A stretch of 64,000 nt of DNA from the human T2T-CHM13v2.0 reference genome, Homo sapiens (GCF_009914755.1 NC_060937.1); one strand, 5' to 3'; shown: positions 11,604-25,094, numbered from the stretch's first letter. Translations and numbers: made by a program. The notes: generated by a model from the sequence alone, not told the origin.

Positions 11604-14600
11604 TGTCATCTTTGAACCTGGACCTGATGTCCTGGGAGGGAAAGCAGGGCATGGAAGACTGCGGAGAGGAACACGGGAAGGTGGAGTAGAGAACAGGGGC
11701 AGGAAATCGCAAGACCAGCATTTCAGAAGCGATTTTCTTCAAGAAGGCTTCCCGCGAATCTTGTCCTCTGGCCTTTTTAGCTGTGGCTTTGAGCTGAGAG
11801 ATGACGTGGACCAAATGGATCCTGTCTCAGACAGCCTGGCAACAGCACTTCTGCAGAAACTGTAGGGCTAATTCTCCCAAGCTGTAGTTGGTGCGCTTCC
11901 AGGAACAGAATCATTGGAAGGTGCTGCCCTTCTCTTTTCTCAGCCGCCAGCTGAGAACCAAACTCAGACACCGGGATCCGTTGTTGGCCGAGATTCTACC
12001 TCGGGAGTTTAATTTGAATTCAGGATCTGAGAACCACTTTTCCAAGGCAGCAGGCCCCACACCTCACACCTCCTGTCTGTAGAAGGCCCAGGCTGGCTGT
12101 GGGTCGTGTTCCTGTGCAACTCTCCACCAAACGCTCTCTGCATTCTCTCCAGAAACATACGGGCAACTGATTTGTGTGTGGGCGGGGGGGGCGTTGTTTT
12201 TCCTCTTTTGTTTTAAGAAATAACCAACAAAATCTAGTAATCGCAGAAGAGTGGACATGGCCTCAGACTAGGAGCCAGGAGTCCCGGGTGTTCTGCCTTG
12301 ACTTTGCCTTGCAGCATTGACCTTGGGTTATCCATTTAGTGGCTCTCCTCTAAATTGTTTTCACCTGGAAGGCTGAGCAATTCTTGCTGCCGCACTTGCT
12401 TCTCATGGATTTGAGAAGATTAAAGAAGACAAGTGTGAGAATGCCTTGAGAACTACCAGAACCTTTCACAGATGTAAAGCATTATTATCCACAATAATAT
12501 TAACACGGAGTGAGCCTCTCTGCAAATCACCGTAACTGTATTTTTTAACTAATCAACTTCAATGAAAAACATGCTACATCAAAAAGGAACATATCCAACT
12601 GCGTCTGTCTTCGTAAGGCCTATGAACTTGCAACTTTCAGTTTCACGTGACAGAAAATATTTTTTTCAGTCCACATTTCAAAAGGAAAGGGAAATTTGTT
12701 GCTATATTTTTACTCACTTTTATACCCTTACTATACTGCTATGCTCATTACATCCCTGTTGCAGAACTGTTAGATAATTTGAGGCCAAAAAAACCTTGAT
12801 GGACATTGATTTTTACAGTATTAATGAGAGCTGCTTTTTACTGAGTTCTGACCATGGGAAATGGGAGTGCAATAGCGCCTTGTTCTGCCCAACCCTTTCA
12901 GCTAAGTAGTTTCACTTACTCATTGCAGATAAGAAAATTAAAGCCCAGGGAGGTTAATTTCCTCCCCAGGTTAATGAGTAGTAAGTGTCAGAGTGCTAGG
13001 TTTGAATTCAGGCCTCTCTGAGTCTAAAATCTATGGTTTTACTTTAAAATATTACTATTTCTCTGTGAACTGTGTTATTGCCATCATCAATAAAACATAC
13101 TGGGACATTGATTTTAGACTATGAAATCAGATGAACAAGTGACATATATTTTTGAAGACAAAAGTTACCTAATTGGAATAGATTTGTCGATATCCAAAAT
13201 GGTTTTGGGAAATGAGTTTTGAGGTTCTCAATCCTATCGACAAAGCAAAGTACAACCCGTATTTATGGTACCACACTAACCCTAGCTTCAAATGATCTAG
13301 CATCAAATGATCTGTGGGCTGGGAGGGTTGAGAATTTGCTTCCAGAGAAAATAAAAATGGCAGTATGGGGGAGGGCTCTTTTATCTAAATGTTTACGTTG
13401 ATAGTCTCTGGGTTAAATTACACATTTAGTGCAAGTTTTTTAATACTATTTTTACTCCTCACATATGACAATGCTCCCCAAATTTGGCCATGCATCAGAT
13501 CATTTAGTAAAATTTCTAAAATTCAAGTATCAAGGTCTCAGCCTAGATCTACTGGGTCAGAATTTAATCACTATTTGTAAAATCTCCCCCAGGCATTTCT
13601 GACAGAGCTAGTCCACTGAATCACTGATGTGCTGTGATTTATGACCTTTCAGAATTGATTCTTTTTAAAAATCCTAACATTACATAGTCCGTAAACCATT
13701 TAAATCACTTGGCTTTTTCTCCAGTAGTACTAAATTATAAAAGCTACAGTTACTGAAAATCATAACTTTCTATAATTATGACTCAGTGAGTAACATACAC
13801 ATATAAACATTTGTTGACAGTAGAGGAAGAAAAAAATTCTAACTGCCATCTATTTCCCACATTCAGACCTCATATTGCAACTTTCTCCCAAAGTGGATTT
13901 TACGTCTGAGCCATAGAGATCTAACAGCATCTTGTGGGAGTACTGAGCCAGGACCCCTCTAAGACCATTAGAACCACCCCTTCTAGCCACTTTGAAAATA
14001 GGCTTTCCTGCCTGTCTGATAACTGCCTGCACAAACTATCAATAATTTACTCTTTTCTATAATGACTTTTCATAAGAGATATTTTTCTGTTACTGCTATA
14101 AAGAAAAAGTATGTTTATTAAACATAGGTTGTCATTTTTCCCATATGTTAAATAATCCATCCAGGGTCATAAATAGACAAGAAGAATGTCACCCACAATG
14201 TAGAAACAGAGAACAAGCATGACACAGCATAGTTCAATGTTAAAAGTGTGACAAGCAACAGTTAAGTTCAGTGTTAAAAGACTGCATTAATATGTAATTG
14301 CAAATTGAAATCAAATAGGTTAAAAATCATCTATAATTAACAACCAACCAAACAAATGAAAAGAAGCATTCAGGTCCAATTTGGTGTACAATTTATTCTA
14401 AGAAAAATCTTTAGAATTTTAAATTACTTAACAAGGTTTGTTCTCTTAAATGTACATTATTTACTTTCTAAAAGGCAGAATTATTTACATATTATTAGGT
14501 GGAGCTTTTAAAAATAATCATCACCTCAACCCACTAGCATATTTCTTCTTATTCCTAGATGAGGAATATAGGGACAGAGAACAAATTTAATAAGATTCTG

Positions 14601-15324
14601 TATGCTCTTGTCACTGCTGTGTTGATTTTGTGACCTAGGAAACCAAACCAACTTTTAATGGCCAATCACAATATTGTTTGATTAAAAAGCTCTTCCAGAA
14701 AACCTTTCAGGAAGGGAAGACTGACTGGATCTAGATGTAGTTGAACTACAGCAAAAAATCGTAGGTTTATTTGAAAACTACATTTGAATTTTGGGAATAT
14801 ACATGCTAGTGATGGAATACGGAAACATACTGGTGAGTCTGGACAAAATAAAATTCCAAGTAACCCCACTGTTTGAGAATGCATAGACTTGGCCAACTTG
14901 AAAATCAGGCTGTAATCAAAGGGTTTTGTGACTCCTCTCCCTTTGAGAAACATGTAGAATAAATCAAAGATTATTAGTCAGTATTCTATAGCTTTTACTA
15001 CCTTAGTGTTATAACATTTAATAGTTTGGAATGTTGAGTAATTAGAGTTGAAATTATTTTCTTTTGTTGAGAACACTTTCATAGGGACAAAAGCTTAATC
15101 TAGTTCCTGTAACTAGAGGTTTTTTATGATGTTCTCTCATATTTCTGTATGGTTTGGGGAAGAGAGGGTCTACATGGATGTCATTTTTATTATAGGTCAG
15201 CATTGAGCTATACAATTAACACAGAGTATATGATGAATACATTTTGCTCAAATGACATTTGCTGGTAATTTTTTAAAGTTTTATTCTAAATAACTCTTTC
15301 TCCTGTGTTGTCTTCCTTTAACAG

Positions 15325-15525
15325 CCCACTTTCCCTGTAGGTCCCGCGATAGGGACAAATACGGCTATTAGCTTTGCTCCTTACCTAGCACCTGTAACCC
15401 CTGGAGTTGGGTTGGTCCCAACGGAAATTCTGCCCACCACGCCTGTTATTGTTCCCGGAAGTCCACCGGTCACTGTCCCGGGCTCAACTGCAACTCAGAA
15501 ACTTCTCAGGACTGACAAACTGGAG
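15325..15525 (+). CDS. MBNL2: MBNL2 coding exon, 201 nt: Pro-rich linker ending at the start of ZnF3
   Basis: Acceptor tcttcctttaacag|CCC, donor GAG|gtactt, phase 0/0. Encodes [67 protein letters not shown]. Confidence 0.96.
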
Positions 15526-16108
15526 GTACTTCAATTCTACTTGTGTTTTGACATGCATTTGTGGTAGAAATATACTTCTGTGTAAGTGATTGCTTGTAAG
15601 ATATTAATTCAGTCTTGCAAAACAGCCATGTAAACACACACACACAAACTCACCTAAAACCCATGTATTCATAACTCTGTGGTTTGAAGTTAAGGCCAAG
15701 TATAAAGGAAATTAGTCTATGGAAAAGACTAGTTTTAACACAAAAATCAGCTGCATGGAATATGCGTTTAAGGGAAAAATATTAAACAATCAATGGAACA
15801 GTGACTCAATCATGATGCAGCCCATAGAGATGGCTCCAGGTCCTGAAGGCCTCCTCATGTCAAGGTGTAATCCTTGCAAGACCCTGGAAAGTTCTGGAAA
15901 CTGGTGGATCAGGAGCCCAGCAACCAGGGCAGCCGAGGACACTCAGGGACACTGGTGGGAGTAAGTGGGACTACAACTATTTACCAATTGGTATGATCAT
16001 ATTTCAATGTCTCAAGAACAAGCATGGCTGCTCTAGTGTGTTCTGGCATATTAGTTCTGATTGTGTTGTTGCTAAACAGGGGAAATTGGAGGATGAGTAA
16101 ATTTAGTT

Positions 16109-16415
<307 letters not shown>

Positions 16416-18234
16416 GTAAATTTAGTTATTAATTGAGATATTTTCTTTAACTTCAATTGTTCTATAACATTCAAGAAAACAAGTTCCTATATATAAAAAA
16501 CATCGTTCTTAAGTTATGAATCAAACCAAACCTCCTGTACTTTGTTGGGTAAAATTTCTCTTTAATCAGAGCTGTAGAACTCATCTATGTATCTTACTGC
16601 TATATCCCTATGATATTCACTACAGCATTTCATAAGGGTGTATAAAGATTCTCATAGATTTTTCAGAGAGCTCCTTTAATTCCATTACTGATTAAAGGTG
16701 TTAGGTGATGCATCTGGTTAGGACGTACACAGTGCTTTCTGTTAGTGGGATTATTAGAGAATGTTCTTTCAATGTGCATTTGTTTAAATATTAACCCAAT
16801 AAACCTTGAAGGCAATAAAATGTGGCTGCCTAATAACCTGTGCAAGTTTTAAAACTCAGAATTTCAAACTGCAAATATTTTAGAAGATATTTATTTTTTC
16901 ACTTAGTTTCAATCTGGATGCCCAGATGAAGAGAATGGAAACTCTAATTGTTACTATTTTGAAAAGATCCAGCCTACCCTTGTCAATTACTGAATAGACC
17001 TTTCACAGGACTGGAAAAGTGTTTTGGGCTCCACCTGCTGGACCCACGGAGCTTTTGTGTTCAGTATGTGACTGTACTTTAGAAAACAAATTAAATCAGT
17101 GGAATTGGGAACAAATTGTCCTTCTCAACAGGGCTGGTAGACAAAGACATGTAAAAATGAATCACAATGATTTTAGCAGAGCGGCTTTTGGTTCATTTCA
17201 AACCAGGAATGAAGTCAGCTGCACACAAAGCACCTTGGTAGGAGCCTGATGGCTGGTCCACACCTATGATGCTATCAGACAGAAGTCATTCCATTGATGG
17301 AGGAAGGCTTGCTCAGAATCCGTGGGAACATCTTAGTGATTTATTTTGCGCATTTTATGAACTAAAGTTAGAATGTTGGCTAATATCCAAAGTAGGAGGA
17401 AACAATTAACAATCTGGTGATTTATGCTATCTACCTTCAAGCTGGCCTGGTCACTGGTCAGTGAAACAGTATTTCCTAAGTATGTCTGACTTCCACAATA
17501 CTTGAATTTCATGTCAGGGGCCCTTCATATAACATCACTAATGATCAGCGTGATGATCATTTACATATCCACTTTGGAATTGGAGCCTAAAAATAAATAA
17601 CTTACGATTCTACTCATAATTATTTCCTGCTAATATTTATGAGCAGAGAAGAATTATATAAGCAACATGCATATGTTATTTATGCTATTTTATGTTATCT
17701 ATATGCAGGGCATAATTAAGAATACTCTTCAAATTCTAAAGAAATATTTTTTCATACAGTAAAATCTTGATCCACCAGAATTCTCAGGGGATAGAGAATC
17801 CTAGTTACTTGAGATTTCAGGATAATTTAGCATTAAAGAATTTTTAAAATAAACTATTTCCCTCCATTTTTCTTTCTCTATATCTCTTGCCGTATTTCTC
17901 TCCTTTTGTCTTTTTTTTCTTTTCTGTGCTGTCAAAAATAGTATAGTGACCTTAAAAATGAAAATTTTGGTGTCTTAGATATTGTTCTTCTGATTTATGA
18001 TTATGTTATCTTTGTAGAGCAGGAGAGAAGGAGTGGGAAACAGGAGTGTTCAGATTCCCCCCACCCCACCCCACCCCACCCCCTTAGAGAGAGGAGGAAC
18101 AAGTTTGTCGTCATTTTCTCTGATTCTTTTTGTACAGCTATGACCTGGTAGCTTGATATAGGTGAAATTATCCCTCCACACACACAAAAAAAAACCTATA
18201 GCATTGTCAGAATTGTCATACAAGTAGGTGATTG

Positions 18235-18800
18235 AAGATATAGAGAGAGGTAGATAGATTATAGGTGATTGACAGATTAAATAGATAGATTATAGGTAGG
18301 TAAGCAGGTATATAGATAGGTAGGTAACTAGATTAGATAGATGATTAATTAATTGATAGATTTTAGATAGATCAGTAGATGATAGATGATGGATGGCTGG
18401 ATGGATAGATGATAGATGGATGAATGAATGGCTGGCTGGATGGACGGATAGATAGATGGTAGGTAGGTAGATAGATGATAGATAATATTAGGTTGGTGCA
18501 AAAGTAATTGCAGTTTTTACCATTAAAAATAATGATAGATTAACAGATAATAGATGGATGGATGGATGGATGGATGGATGGATAGATGGATGGGTGGATG
18601 GATAGATAGATGGATAATAGATAATAGAGGGATAGATTGATAGATGATAGATAATAGATGATGGATGAATGAACAGGTGGATAGATGATTGGATAGATTG
18701 ATTGATGGTAGATGATAGATGAAGGAATGGATGCATGGATAAATAGATAGATGATAGATATATGGATGGATGGATAGACAGACAGACAGATCGATAGACA
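18235..18800. repeat. (GATA)n/(GGAT)n compound microsatellite
   Basis: Tetranucleotide-derived repeat read directly. Confidence 0.9.
18488..18533. mobile_element. MADE1/Hsmar1 terminal inverted repeat (half MITE) inside the microsatellite
   Basis: ttaggttggtgcaaaagtaattgcagtttttaccatta matches the MADE1 arm TTAGGTTGGTGCAAAAGTAATTGCGGTTTTTGCCATT with few changes. Confidence 0.85.
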
Positions 18801-19014
18801 GCTGCATAATATGCTACCCAGGGACAATGGAGGCCTTGTTGCTTTTCCTTTGTTATTTTAGCTGAACTGCAGATTTCGTATTATTTTCTCAATATAGATT
18901 TTCACCCTAGAAAAGGCGGTAAAACAAAACTCAAATGACTGTGTCAGAGATTGTGGTTACCTGGGCTCCGCATAATCAATCTTTTCTTGTCAGTGGTACA
19001 TGAGCCACCATTGA

Positions 19015-19440
19015 AAGCGAGGCAGCCTCCGCTCCTCCCGCGGTGGCCGGGGCCGCAGGGGCGCCTGGGCTCAGGCTTGCCTCTGCAGCGCGGCTCTTCT
19101 TCCCTGTCTTAGGTATGCAGGGAGTTCCAGCGAGGAAACTGTGCCCGGGGAGAGACCGACTGCCGCTTTGCACACCCCGCAGACAGCACCATGATCGACA
19201 CAAGTGACAACACCGTAACCGTTTGTATGGATTACATAAAGGGGCGTTGCATGAGGGAGAAATGCAAATATTTTCACCCTCCTGCACACTTGCAGGCCAA
19301 AATCAAAGCTGCGCAGCACCAAGCCAACCAAGCTGCGGTGGCCGCCCAGGCAGCCGCGGCCGCGGCCACAGTCATGGTAAGTGCGGCCGCCCGCCGCCCC
19401 TGCACCCCGGCGCCTCTGCGGAGGCCGCTCCGGGCTGGGA
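19015..19440. promoter_or_regulatory. Intragenic CpG-island-like region spanning the ZnF3/4 exon
   Basis: Sharp rise in GC and CpG (ccgcggtggccggggccgcaggggcgcc; gcggccgcccgccgcccc) against a CpG-poor background. Confidence 0.7.
19113..19376 (+). CDS. MBNL2: MBNL2 coding exon, 264 nt: CCCH zinc fingers 3 and 4 plus Ala-rich segment
   Basis: Acceptor cttcttccctgtcttag|GTA, donor ATG|gtaagt, phase 0/0. Encodes [88 protein letters not shown]. Confidence 0.98.
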
Positions 19441-20029
19441 CTTGGATGTTCTTCCAAACACTCGGGAAACATGGAAGGCTGCTATTCCTGCTGCTCCGCT
19501 GCCTAAGTTTTGCTGTTGTTTTCCCCCTTTTTGTTTTGTTTTGTTTTCCCCTCCTGCCCCCCTTCAGCACAATAAGTAAATCCCTCAGGTGCAGGGAAAG
19601 TCCTGGGGTCCCTGAGCTCCGTTCCCCCTCCTAGGGTGGCGGAGATTGAGTGTGCTCACTTAGGGTCTTTTTAAGAGAGGCTCAGGGGCCTTGTAATGAA
19701 CATGAAGGTGGGCACCGCTTCGGAGAGGGGAAAGAAAGGTGCATTTCTGCACCTGAGCACGAGGAGGCACCCAGCTCCTTGGAGCAGCCACGGAGGACAT
19801 CTGTGGCCTAAGAGAAGCCCAGAGAGTGATTTGGCTTTTCGCTACTCCCATTTTCTCCTCTTCTTTCACTTATTACAAGGGCAATGCTGGTCAGATTCCC
19901 CATCTCAATGAGGTTTTATGCAGAATAGCAATGCATGAAACAGATGAAAGTGGAGCCATCCTGGCTGGTGCAGAAAGAAAAAAAGACCTGTGACCTAGGC
20001 TTGCTTCCCTGAGTCACCCTACTGTCATT

Positions 20030-20735
20030 AGAGACCAGCAGTACATCATCATTATCATCGCCTGGGAGCCTGCTCAGAATCTCGGAGAGCCTAACTGTCC
20101 CTTAGAGACCAGATGCACCATTATTAGGATCACCTAGAAGCCTGTGGAGCCTCCAGAATCCTCAGCCTCACCCCAGACCTCAGGGAATCAGAATTTAAGT
20201 TGTAAAACATCTCCCAGGTGTTTTGTATGCACATTAACATTTGAGAAGCACCTGCCTAGACATTGCTTATCAAACTTGGCTACATTTTGGAACAACCTGA
20301 AGGGTCTGACCTGACATCTGTCCCTTTCCCTGAAGTTTCTTATTTTCTTATTTAGTTGGTCTGGTGTGGTCTGGGCAGTGGGATTTTTTTTTTTTTTTTT
20401 TTTTTAAGACAAGGTCTCTGTCACCCAGGCTGGAGTGCAGTGGAATGATCATGGGTCACTGTAGCTTTAAACTCCTGGGCTCAAGTGATCCTCCCACCTC
20501 AGCCTCCTGAGTAGCTGGGAACATGCCCATCTAAGTTCTAATTTTTTTTGTAGAGACAGGGTCTCACCATGTTGTCCAGGCTAGTCTCAAAACTCCTGGG
20601 ATCAAGCAATTCTCACACCTTTACCTCCCAATGTGTTGGGATTACAGGTGCGAGCTACCATACCTGGCGACAGTGGCAGTTTTTAAAAGCTCCCAGGTGA
20701 TTCCAATGCATCGCAAAGCTTGAGAACTTCTGCAT
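20030..20735. mobile_element. MER5-like (hAT-Charlie) MITE relics, the second interrupted by an Alu
   Basis: gaatcagaat...tcccaggtgttttgtatgcacattaacatttgagaagcac and aaaagctcccaggtgattccaatgc...ttgagaac resemble MER5A ends. Confidence 0.55.
20384..20668 (-). mobile_element. Alu, AluJ-like
   Basis: Poly-T, then cacccaggctggagtgcagtgg...actcctgggctcaagtgatcctcccacctcagcctc. Confidence 0.9.
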
Positions 20736-21829
20736 TAGGTTGCAGAAGTTTCTAATTAATTTGTTTTCATGTGAGCTCTCTGGCTTATCAGAAGTCTATG
20801 TTAATATGTGATAGGCACTATGCATTCATTCTTTCAAAAAATTTTATGAGACCATGCATCAGGCACTTGCTGGGTAGAATAAATAAATCAGTCAGGTTTC
20901 CTTGCCCTCAAGGAGTTTGGAGTTAGTAACTGAGAGCAATAACATGCTCCTCAGTGACATGATAGAAATAGTTAATCGGGTCCAGAGGGCATGAAGGACT
21001 CAGTGGCCAGTCCTCCCTCAAGAAGGAGAGCTATGACTGCAGAGATGAAAAGTACAGTTTGAAAACACTTTGTTCTAGTTAGCAGCCATCACCTCAGCCA
21101 TCACCTCATACACTGATTACTGATTAAAATGGAAGGGTAGCTGTCACACAAACAAGTTCACAATTACTCAACATTGTTTGCGCAAATGTTTATTAAGGCA
21201 TGGACCTGTGATCAGTGATAGGGATACAGCGAGAAAGGCACCATCTGCCCTGAGGTAATCACCACCAGGTGCGGAGTGTGTGGTTCTAGAGACCTTTCCA
21301 ATTTGAGCTGCTTATTTCCATACACCTTGAGCACTGGCCTCGTCATCTAAATCACTGTTTTTGTTTTTGTTTAATCTCTGAGTCCTTTTCTTGTCCCTTT
21401 AGTGTCCTTTCCTCTCGTCCTTCTCATTCATATGTTATTGGACCTAATATTTTTTTATTTTGCTGAGTGTGAATTCCTATATATGTGGAGATGTATGTAT
21501 CCACACAAGAGGGTCAATAAAATAGAGAAATTCTCCCTTTTTTTCTTCTAGTAAAAGAGTAGTTTCCGAAACTCATTATAATTGGGAATGGGAGGAGGAG
21601 AGTAAACTGATCACTTAAGGCTGATAAAAAAGGAATTCTTTCAGAGCACAAATGAGATCTTTTACACATTTTGCCAATGCGACATCCATTCTACTATCAA
21701 CCTGGTGAGGATCTCATCCCATAGGAAGCAAATTTTTTTTTCATTGTAATCATTATTTTAGGCCAGCTCCAACTTATCCTAATTGGTGTGTTGATTGATG
21801 GGCACTAAGAACACATTTTTCCACAAAAT

Positions 21830-22027
<198 letters not shown>

Positions 22028-22395
22028 CTCAGGAACGCCTGGGTTCAGAAACTTCAGAACCAACAGGTCACTCTCTTCTTTCCCCTGCCTGCTTCTCTTA
22101 CTATGGCCACACCATTCTCTAAGGTCAGCTTCTCTACAAGACCCAGGACCAAGGCTTTGGACCTCTATAGGGATGTATTCTTACATCTTTTGACAAGAGA
22201 GAGAATGGTGTCTTTTATACCAGCTCTAATTAGGTATTGGGGCAGGGGAAGAAGTTAAAGGTCATTTTGGTGGCTGTCCCTGTGGTCAGTGACAGGATGC
22301 TGTGATTGACTCAGCCTGGGTCCCAGTGGCTATCCTTGGTCACTGAGGTATGGAATGAGGCCCTGATAATGGAAATATTAGTCCTTCAAGTAAAA

Positions 22396-25094
22396 GTTCA
22401 GTTCCAGACCACTGCAATGAAGCGAGTATCACAATAGAACAAATCACATGAATTTTTTGGTTTCCCAGTGCATATAAAAGTTATGTTTACACTACACTGT
22501 GGTCTATTAAATGTGCAAGAACATTATGTCTGAAGAATATATACACACCTTAATTTTAAAATGTTGCTTAAAAGATGCTAACCAATAGTCAGAGCTTTTA
22601 GTGAGTCGTATCTTTTTGCTGGTGGAAGGTCTTGCCTCGATGTTGATGGCTGGTGACTGATTAGGGTGGTGACTGGTGAAAGTTGTGATGGCTGTGGTAA
22701 TTTCTTAAAAATACAATTTCTTAAAACACAATGAACATTGCCACATTGATTGACTCTTCCTTTTATGAAAGATTTCTCTGTAGCCTGCAATGTTATTTGA
22801 TAGCATTTTGCTCAGAGTAGAACTTCTTTCAAAATGGGAGACAGTCCTCTAAAACCCTGCTGCTACTTTATCAACTAAGTTTATATAGTTTGCTAAATCC
22901 TTTGGTATCATTTCAACAATGTTCAGAGCATCTTAGCCAAGAGTAGAACCCATCTCAAGAAACTACTTTCTTTGCTGCTCCATAAAGCGACTCCTCAACC
23001 ATTAAAGTTTTATCATGAAATTGCAGCAATTCAGTCACATCTTCAGGCTCGACTTCTATTAAGAATTCTAGTTCTCTTGCTATTTCCATTACATCTGGAG
23101 TTACTTACTTTTTCCATTTAAGTCTTGAACCCCTCAAAGTCATCCATGAGGATTGGAATTAACTTCTTCCAAACTCCTGTTCATGTTGATATTTTGATCT
23201 TCCATGAATCATGAATATTCTTAATGGCATCTAGAATGGTGAATCCTTTACAGGTTTTCAATTTACTTTGCCCAGCTTCATCAGAGGAATCACTATCTGT
23301 GGCAGCTACAGCCTTACAAAATGTATTTCTCGATTAATAAGACTTGATAGTTGAAATAACTCCTTGATCCATGGGCTGCAGAACAGCTGTTGTGTTAGCA
23401 TGCATGAAAACAACATTAATCTCCTTGTACATCTCCACTGGAGCCCTTGGGTGATCAGGTGCATTGTCAATGAGCAGTAATATTTTGAAACAAATCTTTT
23501 TTTCTGAGCAGTAGGTCTCAACTGTGGGCTTAAAACATTCAGTAAACCATGTTGTAAATACATATACTGTCATCCAGGCTTTGTTGTTTCATTTCTAGAG
23601 CATAGGCAGAGTAGATTTAGCATAATTCATAAGGGCCCTAGAATTTTCAGAATGGTAAATGAGCATTGGCTTCAATTTAAATTCACCAGCTGCATTAGCT
23701 TCTAGCAAGAGTCAGCTGCTGTACTTTGAAGGTTTGAAGCTAGTCCTCCTCTGTAGCTCTGAAAGTCCTAGTTGACATCTTCCAATATCTGGCTTGTCTA
23801 CGTTGACATCTGTTGTTTACTGTGGCCACCTTCATCAGTGATCTTAGCTAGATCTTCTGAATAACTTGCTGCTGCTTCTCCATCAGCCCTTGCTGCTCAC
23901 CATGCTCTTTTATGTTATGGAGATGGCTTCTTTTCTTCAACCTTGTGAACCAATCTCTGCTAGCTTCCAACTTTTCTTTTGTAGCTTCCTCTCTCCTTTC
24001 AGCCTTCATAGAATTGAGGAGAGTCAGGACCTTGCTCTAAATTAGGTTTTCGGCCAGCGTGGTAGCTCATGCCTATAATCCCAGCACTTTGCGGGGCAGA
24101 GGTGGGTGGATCACTGGAAGCCAGGAGTTTGAGACCAGCCTGGCCAACATGGTGAAACCCCGTCTCTACTAAAAATACAAAAATTAGCTGGGCATGGTGG
24201 TGCACGCTATAATTCCAGCTACTCGAAGAGCTGAGGCATGAGAATCGCTTGAACCTTGGAAGGCAGAGGTTGCAGTAAACTGAGGTCATGCCACTGCACT
24301 CTAGCCTGGGTCACAGAGTGAGACTGTCTCAGAAAAATAAAAATATAAATAAATAAATAAATAAATAAATAATAAATAAATAAATAAGGTAGGCATTGGC
24401 TTAAGGGAATGCTGTGGCTGGTTAGATCTGTCCAGCCCAATAAAATTTTTCCCACACTGGCAATAAGGCTGTTTTGCTTTCTTATCATTTGTATGTTCAC
24501 TGGAGTAGCACTTTTAATTTCCTTCAAGAACTTTCCCTTTGCAGTCACAACATGGATAACCTTGGCACAGGAAGCCTAGCTTTTAGCCTATCTTGGCTTT
24601 CGACATGCCTTCCTCACTAAGCTTAATCATTTCTAGCTTTTGATTTTAAGTAATAATCTGTGACTCTTTCTTTCACTTGAACACTTAGAGGCCATTTAAA
24701 GTTATTAATTGGCCTAATTTCAATATAATTTTGTCTCAGGGAATAGGGAGGCCTGAGGAAGGAGAGAGAGGGGTGATAGCCAGTGAGTGCAGCAGTCAGA
24801 CCAGGCATGACGTTTATCGATTAAGTTTGTGGCATGGTTCATGGTGCCCCAAAACAATTAAAATAGTACATCAAACATCACTGATCACAAATCATCATGA
24901 GAGATATAATAACAATAAATTTTAAAATATTGTGAGAATTACCAAAATGTGACAAAGACACAAAGTTAGCACATGCTGTTGGAAAAATGACTCTGATAGA
25001 CTCAACATAGGGTTGCCACAAACCTTCAATTTTAAAAAACTGAAGTATCTGCAAAGTACCATACAACAAAGTGCAATAAAACAACCTATGCCTG
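22396..25094 (-). mobile_element. Tigger1 DNA transposon, near full length, with decayed pogo-type transposase
   Basis: Minus strand begins TA-caggcataggttgttttattgcac...ttgaaggtttgtggcaaccc. ORF fragments [14 protein letters not shown]...[14 protein letters not shown] (DDE domain) and [13 protein letters not shown] are present. The outer part of the left TIR appears missing. Confidence 0.92.
24052..24388 (+). mobile_element. Alu (AluS-like) inserted in Tigger1, with (AAAT)n tail
   Basis: ggccagcgtggtagctcatgcctataatcccagcacttt...gtgagactgtctc followed by an AAAT repeat. Confidence 0.93.

Noticed and set aside
9468-11814. Long His/Thr-rich minus-strand ORFs (588, 278, 197 and 181 aa)
   Set aside because: Translations of the CA-rich strand of the TG array, which is depleted of stop codons by composition; no domain or exon structure.
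18488-18827. SIHP/IYLS-repeat ORFs
   Set aside because: Translation of the GATA/GGAT microsatellite.
19332-19367. Polyalanine-coding GCN tract as an expansion locus
   Set aside because: Short, interrupted by Val and Gln, and uses mixed codons; a normal MBNL feature.
18976-19634. Several overlapping ORFs on both strands around the ZnF3/4 exon
   Set aside because: Expected in GC-rich sequence; only 19113-19376 has splice sites and muscleblind homology.
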